Positions 22,271-34,870 of a stretch of 43,278 bases of DNA are shown here, piece by piece (position 1 is the stretch's first letter; each line of letters opens with the position of its first letter). The notes under the pieces are model-generated. The model ran no database searches. It saw nothing but the letters and a program-made list of their open reading frames with translations, and had not been told where the DNA came from. The stretch is from Octopus bimaculoides (taxonomy: Eukaryota). A program made the translations under genes and the position numbers. The DNA lies in the NCBI RefSeq assembly GCF_001194135.2, contig NC_068982.1, positions 17,012,990 through 17,056,267 of the forward strand. Reading direction: 5' to 3'.

Positions 22271-23911
22271 CATTATGTAAAGGTTGTTTTAGATAATTTC
22301 ATGACAGAAATATAGTATGGAAACCTTTTATTAACTCTGTAATTTGACAGAAATACAATTATCATATGTTTCTTGCATTTGAACACATATAAGGTGTGAA
22401 AATAGGAAATATATATTAATTTTCGGTTCATACACATCTGTATTAAACTACATCTCACCTGTTAATGTGCGTTTATTATTGGACACATTCTATTTTGTAG
22501 ATAGTATACTGACTGGTAAAATAGTTTTATACTTTCGTTTGAATGGAATATAGAGATGGAATAAAATCTTGTGATGATTATAGCTGCATTTTAATATTCA
22601 AATTAATTGATTTGGTCATGAAAAGTGGTGAAATTGGGGGAGGTCAGAGCAAGACAAATGGGCACAACTTTTTGGAAGCCAGGATTTGGTATGATTAACT
22701 GGACATTGAACCTGTTTTGTCAATTGTACTTTACAGCATTGGAGGCAAACACGTACATGCATACATGCATGCATGTGCAGAAATAGATAGAGAGAGAGAG
22801 TCATTACAATTTATTAATTGAACTCCATTAACAAACTTGGCCTTGCTTCCTACATCCAAAGAGAAATATGTTCATACACAGAAAGAGAATGAGAGAAACA
22901 TTAAAACAGCTGATATCAAAGAAGTCAACATTGTATCAGCGATGCCAGTTTGGCAGGGCTAGAACAGCTGTGCCAAAATACCCTGTACCTTTTGGAGGTT
23001 AAAATCTGGGTCATTTTTTAATAAATTTCGTAACAAAATGAACAGGTAAGATACATAACTGTTCAATTTTAGTGCTTAGTGATAAAGTCATTGCTTTTAT
23101 ACATGTTTTTTAATTTCACCTGTCTATAGAAGTCGAATTGCAAAAAGTTATCAGGTAATCATAAATCATTAATGTTTAAACACCCACTGACAAAATTTCA
23201 AATCTGCACATAAAAAATTAATGAAGTTACAGATAAATATTTTTGACAATCTTCTTGAGCATGATTAATTCAAAACAAGATGATTAAAGAAGCAGGTGCT
23301 ACTTTGGTATGCAAGCTATGTAGCCAACATTATCTACAAGAGTCAAATTCTACTTCAGCATGCAATCTACATGTTTCATTTATTTATTATGGCTTAAATA
23401 AAACATTCTTACATTTTTATACATTTATTTTAAACAATTAAAATGAAGCAGATTTACTCTTTTACTTGTTTCAGTCATTTGACTGCGGCCATGCTGGAGC
23501 ACTGCCTTTAGTCGAGTAAATCAACCCCAGGACTTATTCTTTGGAAACCTAGTACTTATTCTATTGGTCTCTTTGCCGAACCGCTAAGTTACGGGGACGT
23601 AAACACACCACCATCGATTGTCAAGCGATGTTGGGGGGGACAAACACAGACACACAAACATATACGCACACATACATACATATATATATATACACATATA
23701 CGACAGGCTTCTTTCAGTTTCCCTCTACCAAATCCACTCACAAGGATTTGGTCGGCCCGAGGCTATAGTAAAAGACACTTGCCCAAGGTGCCACGCAGTG
23801 GGAATGAACCCGGAACCATACAGCCACTCCTTTGAAATATTATGGATGAATCGAATGAAGATCAGCTAGAAAAGTTTAAAATAACTAAAATTCTTACACA
23901 TATATTGTTAA

Positions 23912-24122
23912 TGTGGAGGCACAATGGCCCAGTGGTTAGAGCAGCGGACTCACGGTCATAGGATCGCGGTTTCAATTCCCAGACCAGGCGTTGTGAGTGT
24001 TTATTGAGTGAAAACACCTAAAAGCTCCACGAGGCTCTGGCAGGGGATGGTAGCGAACCCTGCTGTACTCTTCCACCACAACTTTCTCTCACTCTTACTT
24101 TCTATTGTGCCTGTAATTCAAA
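23912..24122 (+). mobile_element. SINE family B, 3'-truncated copy
   Basis: Near-identical to the first ~210 nt of 19754-20141. Confidence 0.8.
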
Positions 24123-25149
24123 CTAGAATCCAGTGCTTCTGGGTTCTTGATAAAGGGTAAAGAAAAACTCACCCGGTTGGCGTTAGGAAGGGCATCCAGC
24201 TGTAGAAACTCTGCCAAATTAGATTGGAGCCTGGTGTTGCCATCCGGTTTCACAAGTCCTCAGTCGAATCGTCCAACCCATGCTAGCATGGAAAGCGGAC
24301 GTTAAACGATGATGATGATGATGATGATGATGTATTCTAGGCAGTCAGATCACTAAGAATTGAGAACATATTACGTAGAATATTGTCGGTCAAATAACAT
24401 TTAAAAAACTTTTCATCTTCCGGTTTCAGTCCCACTGCGTGGCACCTTGGGCAAGTGTCTTCTGCTATAGCCTTGGGCCAACCAAAGCCTTGTGAGTGGA
24501 TTTGGTAGACGGAAACTGAAAGAAGCCCGTCGTATATATATATATGTGTGTGTGTGTATGTTTGTCCCCCTCACCATTGCTTGACAACCAATGCTGGTGT
24601 GTTCACGTACCCATAACTTAGCAGTTCAGCAAAAGAGACCAATAGAATAAGCACTGGGCTTACAAAGAATAAGTCTTGGGATCGATTTGTTCGACTAAAG
24701 GCGGTGCTCCAGCATGGCCACAGTCAAATGACTGAAACAAATAAAAGAATGAAAAAATAAAATAATAATAATAATAATAATAATAATATTAATAATAAAA
24801 GTTTTATTTTCTATGTAGATGAGACCCTTTTATACATACAAAACATTACAAAGAGTTACAAAGATTTGAAATGTCTGAGTTTTAAATACAATGTATATAA
24901 AAGGGGATTGGACAAGAACATTTTATAAAATACTGGAATATAGATATATAATATTTTGCTTTACAAAAGCATGAATATTTAAAGGCGAAGAATAAAATAT
25001 AAATAAAATACAGATAAAAATATAAATAAAACTCCAAATAAAGGTGAGCCATTAACAAGTAACTGAGAAGCTGACATCTGGGTTTCATCAGGGCTACCTG
25101 ACAACATTACACTTTCATGTTCTCTGTATTCAGACACTGAAAATGTTCA

Positions 25150-26100
25150 ATTTCTCACACCAACACCAGAAGAGGTTGGTAGTCGTTTGTATATTTTTTA
25201 TGTTGGTTTTACTAAGTCCATCGCTTGCAAGTTCTCAATCTGTATTTCATTGTTTCCTTCATCTTCCTGCAATTTATTCAAATTATCAATCAGCTCTTTG
25301 TTGGCTGTTTGAATTACTGTGAACGTCAGATAGTCCAAGAGCATTTGATTCGCTCTTTGCAGAGGACAGCATTCCCTTTTTAGGTGGGTCGAGCGGCTTT
25401 TTTCATTTTCCCTTTGTCTGTGATTTATTGCTACTTGTGTGTCCCCGCCTCAGTTGTAGCTGAGAAAACGTACCCTTGAGCATCAGCTTCTGGTATTGAG
25501 GATGTAGCAATAGCTCAACTTTCTGCACTGAGCTACTAGGCATATATCATCTTTCTCTTTGCACCAGAATAAACAACAAGTTCAATGTGGCTTATCAGGA
25601 TCCTCCAAATCTGCATGCCCATCAGACCTGCTTGATTACAAGTCATTTCTTGTCATCTTGGAGTTCAACAGCTGCTCATAATATATCTTGAAGGTGATGA
25701 TAAGCCAAGAGTTGATGACATCACTAATATTGCTTGCTGTATCGTTTGTGCCAGGTGGTCCAAGCATTGCAGACTAGCTGATTAGTGGGTGTGTGTGCCA
25801 CACCATTAGGGCCTTCTTGTTCCATCCACAGATTTCAAGACTAGGTACATACTTTTACAAGAACCATCCTCATCAATCGAGTAGATATCATGCCACACAT
25901 CATCTAGAGCTTCCTTTAACTTCTATTTGGTGGCATATAGAAGTTCCACTCCAGTCTTCATTAAGCAGAGGTATGTCAACATTCTCCTTATCCGCCCCAT
26001 ATAAATTCATCAGGCAAAGAGGTACTCACTTCTGTGACATACCGCTATCACACATTTTTCTTTGATTCATTGACTGTATTTGTCCTGTCCTCAAAACATG
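25150..26100 (-). mobile_element. Highly decayed RTE-like LINE fragment (EN-RT linker and RT start)
   Basis: Scattered minus-strand motifs EICGW, YYEQLLN and KGNA...IK..LLD occur in the expected order, but with many stops. Confidence 0.45.
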
Positions 26101-27089
26101 CCTTTGGTTTATAACACTAGCAAAAAAAAGAGTTATTGTAAGTACTTTGTTCAGCATTGCACAAATTTGCGTTCTTCTTTTTGTAAATACTTTTTACATG
26201 CAACTTTGCATTTTTGTGTGTTAAATTATGATAATCTCTGTTTGTGACCATATCCATTTTATTGCATTTTATTGTTTGTCTTTTTAATCCTTTTTTTTTT
26301 ACCCATTCGAATATTCTTTATTGAGGAATGCTTATCCAGAGTTGCTTTCTTATTAGCACCTCTTTCTTCTTCTTGACTAAGAACAAAGTCATATTAAATT
26401 AAATGTAAATAAAAACGAATTTTTTCCAGAAAAATTACAATACTGTCTGAAAGACAAGCCTTTTGTCTGCTCTGAATTTTGAAGCTGAAGCCCACACATG
26501 TCAAAATCTCATTTCTGCAACATCCTTATCTTTTCTCTTGTATTTGATTCAGTGATTAGACTGCTGCCATGCTGGAGCACCACCTTGAAGAAATTTAGTT
26601 GAACACATCGACCCCAGTATTTATTTTTAAAGAATGGTACTTATTCTATGGGTCTATTTTACCAAAACACTAAATTGCAGGGACATATAAATGCAGTAGT
26701 GGGAGAAAAACACACATAAATACACAGGATGGGCTTCTTTCAGTTTCCATCTACTAAAGCAACTTGCAAGGCTTTGGTCGGCCTAGGGCTATAGTAGAAG
26801 ACACTTGCCTGAGATGTCACACTGTGGGACTGAACCCAGACCCATAAGGTTGGGAAGCAAACGTCTTACGACACAGCTACGCCTGGAAATTGACAAAAAT
26901 AAATTGAAAAATGTAAGCATTTCAGGCGCAGGAGTGGCTGTGTGGTAAGTAGCCTGTTTACCAACCACATGGTTCTGGGTTCATTGCCACTGCATGGCAC
27001 CTTGGGCAAGTGTCTTCTACTATAGCCTCGGGCCGACCAAAGCCTTGTGAGTGGATTTGGTAAATGGAAACTGAAAGAAGCCCATCATA

Positions 27090-27134
<45 letters not shown>

Positions 27135-28546
27135 GTATGTTTGTGTGTATGTTTTTGTGTCTGTTTGTCGCCCCCAACATCACTTGACAACCAATAGTGA
27201 AGTGTTTACGTCCCCGTAACTTAATGGTTCGGCAAAAGAGACGGATCGAATAAGTACTAGGCTTCCAAAGAATAAGTCCTGGGTTCGATTTGCTTGACTA
27301 AAGGTGGTGCTCCAGCATGGCCGCAGTCAAATGACTGAAACAAGTAAAAGAGAGTAAAAGAGTATAGTTAAACAAAAACAACATGCACTCTCCTGAAAAC
27401 ATATGAAATAATTAATTCATTAGTTTCTTTGATAGATAAATTGTTGTAGGCCATTGTTTACTACAGCCTCAAAGTAACATTTCTTTATATTTCACTAAAA
27501 GAAGAAGAGAAAAACATATTGTGGTGAAAACGTTTTATTCATGTATAATTCTTACATTACATTACATGACTACTTACAATGTACTTGAATCTCATAATTT
27601 ATCACCAACAATGTGAGTTTGGTTAGCTGCATACTCTGGTTAACTGCACAATAATCTCAGTTCATGAGGCTATGCAATTAAGCGATTGGTGACTGTGTGT
27701 GTGTGTGAGTGTGAGCGCACGTGCGTGTATGTGTGTATGTGTGTGTGTGTGTGCATCTATGAATGTATATCAATACACATCATCATCACTTCATCTGGAT
27801 GGTGCGATTATAAAGGTCAATGGAACTTTATTGTTCTAAATAACTTGTAAAAAAAAATCATACAAACATATGAAAAGAAATTGACAAAAGAGATAAAATT
27901 TTAAACTGAATCTTATTTTCAATATACCTACATGTGTATGTATGTGTGTGTGCATGTGTGTTTGTTGTAATAGAAATGTATAAAGGAATATAGGTATAAC
28001 TAGCTCAGAGCTTAATCTCAATGCACTTTGCGTGGTAAGTTTAAAGAAAAAAGACTATTTTTGAATTTAATTAGAAAAAAAATTGAAATACTATTTCTCA
28101 CGTTTTTTATTAATTATTTTTGTATATAACAAAATTTCGAATTACCCGATATTCAGTATGCTCAAAAATTGAAAAGAATCTTCTAAAACCTAAAATGATA
28201 GAATATCTTTTTCTTACATATTGTTACACTGTTTCCATATATTAGTCATTACCAATAAACAGTACTGTAAGACTCAGATTTCCAATTCAAAAAGACTCTG
28301 TTTCTAATAAAATAAATTATGATCAGTAATTTATTGAGTAGGTTTCTTGCCTTTATTAAAACAAATGTTCCCCAGTTCAATTGTGTCTGTATGTGTAATA
28401 TTTATATGTATGTATGTGTTTGTATATATATTTGAAGTAACAAACTAAGAAAAAAATTCCTTCAAAGGGGTGTGCAAAACATCAAATTCACTGGTACGTC
28501 AGTTGAATGCCACATAAATATGGGTATAATTCAAATTACAAACATT

Positions 28547-28933
28547 AAATTAAATAGAGTGATACAATTGACACTCCAATAATTTATATATATTATAATA
28601 TAGCATAATATACTCTAAATATAACAATATAACATAAACAATTACTAAAAAAACAAAAATGCCAACAATTTGTTTTGACTTATATACATTTTTTAATACA
28701 TAAACAATTCAATTCATCTATCTTCAAACCATTGGCTTTGATTAGGCTTATATAAGGGAATTCAATTGTTTATATATCAGAAAATGTATATTAGTCGAAA
28801 CAAATTGTTGGGTTTTTTGGTTTTTTAATAATTGTTTATCTTATCTTATATTATATCATATCATATACATAGTATATTATACTATAATATAAATAAATTA
28901 TTGGATTGTCAGTTGTACCTCTCTATTTAATTT
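28547..28933. repeat. Long AT-rich inverted repeat (fold-back), arms 28547-28715 and 28758-28933
   Basis: aaattaaatagag...ccaacaatttgttttgac...aaacaattcaattc is mirrored on the opposite strand; 42-nt loop. Confidence 0.85.
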
Positions 28934-29186
28934 ATCGTTTATATATATATATATATACCGATTTAAATGAGAGCTCAAAACTGATCCATTGAAAATACTT
29001 TATTATAATAATGATTCATGCATATTATAAAATCTGTCTAATTTTCTTCGGTATATTTAACTTTATCACTTAGCTAATTNNNNNNNNNNNNNNNNNNNNN
29101 NNNNNNNNNNNNNNNNNNNNNNNNNNNNNNNNNNNNNNNNNNNNNNNNNNNNNNNNNNNNNNNNNNNNNNNNNNNNNNNCTTGCAG

Positions 29187-29476
29187 CTGAAACTGTCACA
29201 ACTGAAGTTGTTGTCAAGACGGAAGAGACAGAAACGACAGAAAATACAACGACGATCGTCGTTCCGCAGCCAGAGGAAAAAACTGTGGTACAGGTAACCA
29301 CTACGCAAGAGACTGTAACTGTGGAAAAGACTGTGGACGTTGAAGGCAATGGAAGTCTCGAAGAGGAAGTAAAACTGGAAGAGAAAGAAAATGCTGAAAA
29401 TAATACAAGCGGTACGCAGAAGGCTGACCTCCATATCGTCATTAACCAAGAACCGAGTTCGGCAGAAGTTCAACAG
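29187..29476 (+). CDS. Gene 2, internal exon: acidic Thr/Glu/Val-rich N-terminal region (ETVTTEVVVKTEETETTENTTTIVVPQPEEK...ADLHIVINQEPSSAEVQQ)
   Basis: The frame is open from the gap edge. cttgcag at 29180-29186 is a plausible phase-1 acceptor, though the exon could start inside the N-gap. Donor CAG|gtttgt at 29477 is phase 0, matching the next exon. Composition is coding-like within an AT-rich background. Confidence 0.75.
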
Positions 29477-29778
29477 GTTTGTCTGTCTCTTATTTTTCAA
29501 CCTTCCAATAAGGATCTTCGTAGTTTTCGTCATTCTTTACAGCGATCTTTCAAAAAAACAATTCAAATATATCATATAGATGTAATTTTTGACGCTGTGT
29601 CCGAATTTGTAATTCATTTATTCTAGAAAAATTTTCCAAAAATGTTACGGGTGTTCAAAGTTTGATAATTTTTAGAATTTTCGGCCAATCAGAAAATAGC
29701 GCGTTCGTAGCCTCTTCCATCATGGGGATGGGGTGGGTGGATGGCAGCGGCATGTCAAAACATTAAACTAGCTACGGT

Positions 29779-29990
29779 AAACGGTGAAAAAACATTAAAA
29801 CATTCGCGAGCAAATTAAATATTTAAAAGCTACGAACAAACTAACATGAGTTGCTAGAAATAACAGTCAAAACATTAAAATATACACGAGCAAAGTAAAC
29901 AGTGAAAAACATTAAAACTTTTGCGAGCAAATTAAATATTTAAAAGCTACGGGCAAACCAACAGGAGTTGCTGGAAATAACAGTCAAAAC
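29779..29990 (+). repeat. Tandem duplication, ~118-bp period
   Basis: aaac(g/a)gtgaaaaa..cattaaaac...gcgagcaaattaaatatttaaaagctacg...gagttgct.gaaataacagtcaaaac occurs twice. Confidence 0.8.
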
Positions 29991-30603
29991 GTTGCTTAAA
30001 ACAGACATTTATTAGTAAAAAAAAACCTCAAGAACGAAAGTTTGTATTACATTCTATGATTTTATAAAATAAACTTTCTCATATCTCCTACNNNNNNNNN
30101 NNNNNNNNNNNNNNNNNNNNNNNNNNNNNNNNNNNNNNNNNNNNNNNNNNNNNNNNNNNNNNNNNNNNNNNNNNNNNNNNNNNNNNNNNNNNNNNNNNNN
30201 NNNNNNNNNNNNNNNNNNNNNNNNNNNNNNNNNNNNNNNNNNNNNNNNNNNNNNNNNNNNNNNNNNNNNNNNNNNNNNNNNNNNNNNNNNNNNNNNNNNN
30301 NNNNNNNNNNNNNNNNNNNNNNNNNNNNNNNNNNNNNNNNNNNNNNNNNNNNNNNNNNNNNNNNNNNNNNNNNNNNNNNNNNNNNNNNNNNNNNNNNNNN
30401 NNNNNNNNACAAAACTTAATCTATATACCAAATGTGAAAACAATTGGAACAAAAATTGTTAAACTGATTTTTGAAAATAGAAATAATATATTTCTAAATC
30501 TCTCATTATTATTTCTATTTTCAAAAATCAGTGAATGTATTTCACTTGAAATATATATGTTTTCAAAGGCGGGTAGGTATCGACAGGTAGCAAGCCATGC
30601 TAC

Positions 30604-30646
30604 TCCAGACTGATGATGAGCAATGACTCTGAAACTAGTCTCTGGA
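30604..30646 (+). ncRNA. Minimal type I hammerhead motif (GUC site) with a mismatch at the base of stem II
   Basis: Stem I TCCAGA/TCTGGA (6 bp); CTGATGA 30610-16; T.GAG-caatga-CTC.T; GAAA 30631-34; palindromic stem III ACTAGT; GUC site, cleavage after 30640. Confidence 0.65.
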
Positions 30647-30789
30647 TGCTGGTTTTGCTGGGTAAAGGTGCTTGCCTCCACTTTGAAAACGTAAGGACAC
30701 AAGAAACGTGTCAAGTCCAACAGGAAACGGTGTTTCTTAGGGCTAAATAACAGTAGCATTCTTCCCTTTTATGGGACTGTCACATTAAG

Positions 30790-31255
30790 TTGACAACATG
30801 CTATCACTTTCTCTCAACGACTTCTGGTGGTACTTGAAAAAGTCGTTAATTCCTGACCTGATACGAGAAGCTGATTAATATTTTCATTAAAAGTTCGATT
30901 GATAGAAATGTCAGAGATAGTTTACGATTGCCTACAGCAATATAGAAGATATAAGCTGCAGACTTCACACATTGCTCTTGATTTCTGAACGTTGCCTCTC
31001 ATTTATTATGGCATGCCTTTCTGTCACGAAAGCTTCTGTATTCAATGGACGATGCTGAATACATTTGTCAAATGCTAAAGTCACAATATTTTCGGATCTT
31101 CGCGTTCCTTTGATAGCATAAGCATTGGTGTTAAAGGACCTCTAACTTGGCCGTCAATTAATAAATGTCCATTGGTTGCTGTCGATAAATATTCCCGTTT
31201 CTATTTGCCTTTCCTTGCTGCAATATTTCTTCATTGAGTGTCATTGTTTACTTGA
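30790..31255 (+). mobile_element. Decayed Ty3/gypsy integrase fragment
   Basis: FDSISIGVKGPLTWPSINKCPLVAVDKYSRF / FAFPCCNISSLSVIVYL (31109-31255, one frameshift) resembles the start of an rve core (xSIDFKGPL...VDEYSRFPFAFPC). The upstream boundary is approximate. Confidence 0.55.
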
Positions 31256-32411
31256 CAATGTTATTGTCTATCTTCGATTTACCTAGACATGTCTGTTCAG
31301 GTTGAAGGACGTGTTTCATGTAATCCAAACTGAAGTCTTTATTGTATGATAACGTGTTCCTGATGAGCCACTCGATCCCATACCGACCTACTAGAATTGG
31401 ACTATTTAAATGGAAAATTGCGTCAGTTGTGGAGTTTAAACTTTTAGCAATACTCATGTAGCAATCTTTTCTAACTGACCCCTTATATTTGGTGCTATTC
31501 TTGTAGACTTCCACAAACTTGTCGTTTAATGAACATCCCTTTCCGTCCTCGAATAACGATTACAAATATGAATATGTTATATTAGTTTTCATTGCGAGAA
31601 AACTTTCTGCTGAGGAGGTCGATCTTTTAGTGAATTAGGTTAAATGAAATGAATAAAATAAAACAAGTTTAATAATCCACGATACAGACTATCTATTAAC
31701 CTACGATTCATTTTCTGAATGGTCGAAAAGATATCGTACCAGTTATAGGCTTATNNNNNNNNNNNNNNNNNNNNNNNNNNNNNNNNNNNNNNNNNNNNNN
31801 NNNNNNNNNNNNNNNNNNNNNNNNNATATAAGGTTTATCAGAAGATACTCCAGATAAATGTGAGATCGAGTATATAAAGAGAATGCTCTAATTGGATGTA
31901 ATCAAGATTCTTGAAAATCGCCTTGATTTGTGTCCCATGACTTGATAAAGTAACTACGCCACCCGATCGATGAAAATAACGAACCTTAAACTTTCTACTT
32001 GTCTTGAAGACTAAATGATAGACAAGATTATATTTAAGATATTTTGAGATATTCTTTTAATGATTTACCCATTTGGTAATGAACTTTGTTCAAATAACAC
32101 TATGCATGTATAGGTTTGTTTCTTTAAGGAAAAAAAATGAGATAGTTGAGATTCTATAAATGTCAACTTTGCTTTTTATCCTTTAGGGTTTGATTAAATA
32201 AAGTACCAGTCAAGTACTGGAATCAATTTTATTGACTCTTCTTCGAAACTGCTAGCCTTATGATTAAATTAATAACAATTACAATTGCAATAGAAATGAT
32301 TGAACCTTCACGAGATACTGTACCTGTTGCTTGCGGCTGCAGCTGCAGTTATTATACTTTGTAAACTGCTATTTCTGATAGCTGTCAGTAAATCTTTTAG
32401 TAAATAAATAA

Positions 32412-32652
32412 CAATAATCCCTCGCCATACTGCGGTTCACCTATCGCAGTTCATCTATCGCGGTTCACCTATCGCGGTTTATTATTTAAGCTTACGTCGA
32501 TTCCTCTGTGGTGTTGTTTTGCATTTATGATAAAATAAATATATACTAATTATAAAAATAATTAAAAGATATATACAGTACAGTGCTGTTTCTACTTCAC
32601 GGATTTTCACCTATCGTGGGGTTTTTGGAACGCGATAGTCGAGGGATTACTG
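32412..32652. mobile_element. pogo/Tigger-like MITE with internal CTATCGCGGTTCAC repeats
   Basis: Termini CAATAATCCCTCG (left) and CGAGGGATTACTG|TA (right) are inverted repeats; about three internal tandem units. Confidence 0.7.
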
Positions 32653-32764
32653 TAATAACAACCCTAGAGAAATCAGGACTTGATTTATTAAAAATTCTAC
32701 AGTCTTCTACCGACAGAACTGTCAGTAATAGAATTTTGTAATGTCTGGTATCTTGACGCTTGTT

Positions 32765-34260
32765 TGTGGGGGCCTCCTGACAAAGTACTTGCAATTGAGA
32801 GGCCGATGATTGAGGAACTTGATCGAAGGGGCCTTAGCGTTAACAGTTTCAAATACGAGCTCTGGCTCCTCAATCACCCAGCTTTACATCAGCAGGCTGT
32901 AAACCTGTTTACAGACTCCTTCCTCTTTATTGTAAGTCCGTTTTCATCAGCGTAGTGCTCTTTTGGAGCCCTAATTACTGACTGAGCTTTCGAGTCCATA
33001 TTTCGATCCAAGATGGCTGACCTTGAGCAACTCTTAAAAAATCTTGAACGCCACCCAGGTTTTTTTTATACTTAGGAATTACTCGTTGATTCCTAAGTTA
33101 TTGTAATTTCTCAGAGTTAGTCCCTCTTATAGATTTTCATCGTCTCTCCATGTAGTGACGACCTAATCTTTAGGAAACTCGAATGTTTGGTCAATGTCAG
33201 ACTCTCTCCAGAGTCCCGCGACCAGACAGCTTTGCCCAAACGCGTTGGGAGTCTAGTCTGCGCAAGTGCTAATCTCTATCTCATCCTTGTTTTCTTTCCT
33301 CCATCCATGCTTGCTCCCCTTTAATATGCAACGTCCTCTCCTCTGCAACATGGATTAGTTACAATAGGGAAATGGATGAAACTCTGTTACAGTGGAGGAA
33401 GCTGAGTTTGTCAGTTCCTGTTATAATTGAGGATAAACGGATGGAGAGAGTATGGGAAAATCTGCTCTCAGGTGCCACTTCCAAATCTCTCCTTGATCAA
33501 CCTGATCAAGGTGTCACCTACTTTCTGCTAGTATAAAATTCTTGGGGGACTGGATTGATGCCGTACCTGTGGCCAACATTGGTGGTCTACTCAGTTTAGA
33601 TGAGCTTCGCATCCCCATCGCACTCAGAGTGGGAACCGACGTCTGTAGGGACTGAGATGTCACTTTGGTAGGCCTCTCAACTCCACATGTCTTTACTGTC
33701 TGTCTTGCCGCCTAAATGCTGCTCGTTTCGCTCGTCATACCGAGCTAAACTTAATCATTAAGCTGGCTGGTTCTGGTTAATATCCACCCCCATTTCAGGA
33801 GTCGGCAGGGTTATATAGAAGTGGTGGGAAGAGACCAGATGGTCTTATCTTCTTACCCTCAAAGAGGAAGGCTGTCTGAGCAAGGCAAAAGGATCTGGAC
33901 GACCACTTACATCGGAAGAGACGGTCGAGCGGGTGAGAGGTAGGTGTTTCATCTGGGACGTCACAGTCTAATACTCCTTTTCCCCCTTCCACATCCTGGA
34001 TGCTGCGGTAAACGGGAGGGTCACTGCTTCCGTAGTCGAACGGAATCCTGAAGTACCTCTTCCAATTTGTGGAGTCTCTGAGACTTTTCGAGGGGTTGGG
34101 CTGTTAACAGCGAAGTTCTTCTCATCGTCGGCGGCCCACCTTACCGAGATGTCAGGCGATACCCATGAGGTGGTTTGGCCGTTCCAACACCTTTGCCTCG
34201 CCGTTTCCCATTGTAATGCCTCGAGCATGTTGGCTTGCTTCAGTAGGTTCCCTTGAACCT
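32765..34260 (+). mobile_element. Fossil CRE-clade non-LTR retrotransposon, 3' half (RT end, zinc-finger region, restriction-like endonuclease)
   Basis: GPPDKVLA...GLSVNSFKYELWL, LGAPITD, GDWIDAVPVANIGGLLSLDELRIPIALRVG, CLSCRLNAARFARHTELNLIIK, GLYRSGGKRPDG, WDVTV and FQHLCLAVSHCNASSML occur in the order typical of CRE elements; frameshifted. Confidence 0.75.
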
Positions 34261-34694
34261 TGTGGTGTGCGACTAATAGAGGCAGTTGATATTGCATTGA
34301 TGTTTCATCCTTTTTTCTTGTTTTTCTTTTGTAAAATATGTTCCTTTTCACTGAATTATTGCAAATTGTAACAAAAAGAATTTATTTTAATAAGATAAGT
34401 GTCTCTTTGTATTTATATGTATATATACCTATTTTCTATTGCCTTTTTTTTCATTATTTTATTTCTTAGTGGTTATAATTATTTTCTCCCTAGATATATG
34501 TATTATACTGTTTATACATAGCAAGTGACTGATCTGAGATCGTGTGCGGAAAAAAAGAAACAATTGCAGCGTGGAAGGTGTTTATAAGCCATATGAGAAC
34601 ACACAAAAACCGTTAGATTCACTTCAACATTTAAATTTAATTTGTCAAAATATTTTCGTCACTTTGAGACCGCGACCTGTTCACTGATATATAC

Positions 34695-34870
34695 AGGGTG
34701 TTTCAAAAAAATTGACATCATTTGAGATGTAAATATCACAGAAAGTACATAGTCAAGGCAAATCAAACTAAACTGATTTAATGTTGAGCAGCATAAAATT
34801 TATTCCTCCAAATTTGAATGAGAAATTCAAAGGTATGTCGATGCCATGAACAATTTTACATTAATTCCGT
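34695..34870 (+). mobile_element. Probable Tc1/mariner terminal fragment
   Basis: TA|CAGGGTGTTTCAAAAAAATTG resembles a Tc1/mariner TIR start; no matching right end was found. Confidence 0.4.

Noticed and set aside
25060-26020. Minus-strand CTGATGA hits (~25085, ~26007; also ~32946) and a plus-strand hit at ~31340
   Set aside because: None has a stem II closed by GAAA plus an NUH and stem I; they lie within LINE or other remnants.
29066-29533. Minus-strand hydrophobic and Ser/Val-rich ORFs
   Set aside because: Antisense shadows of gene 2's acidic exon.
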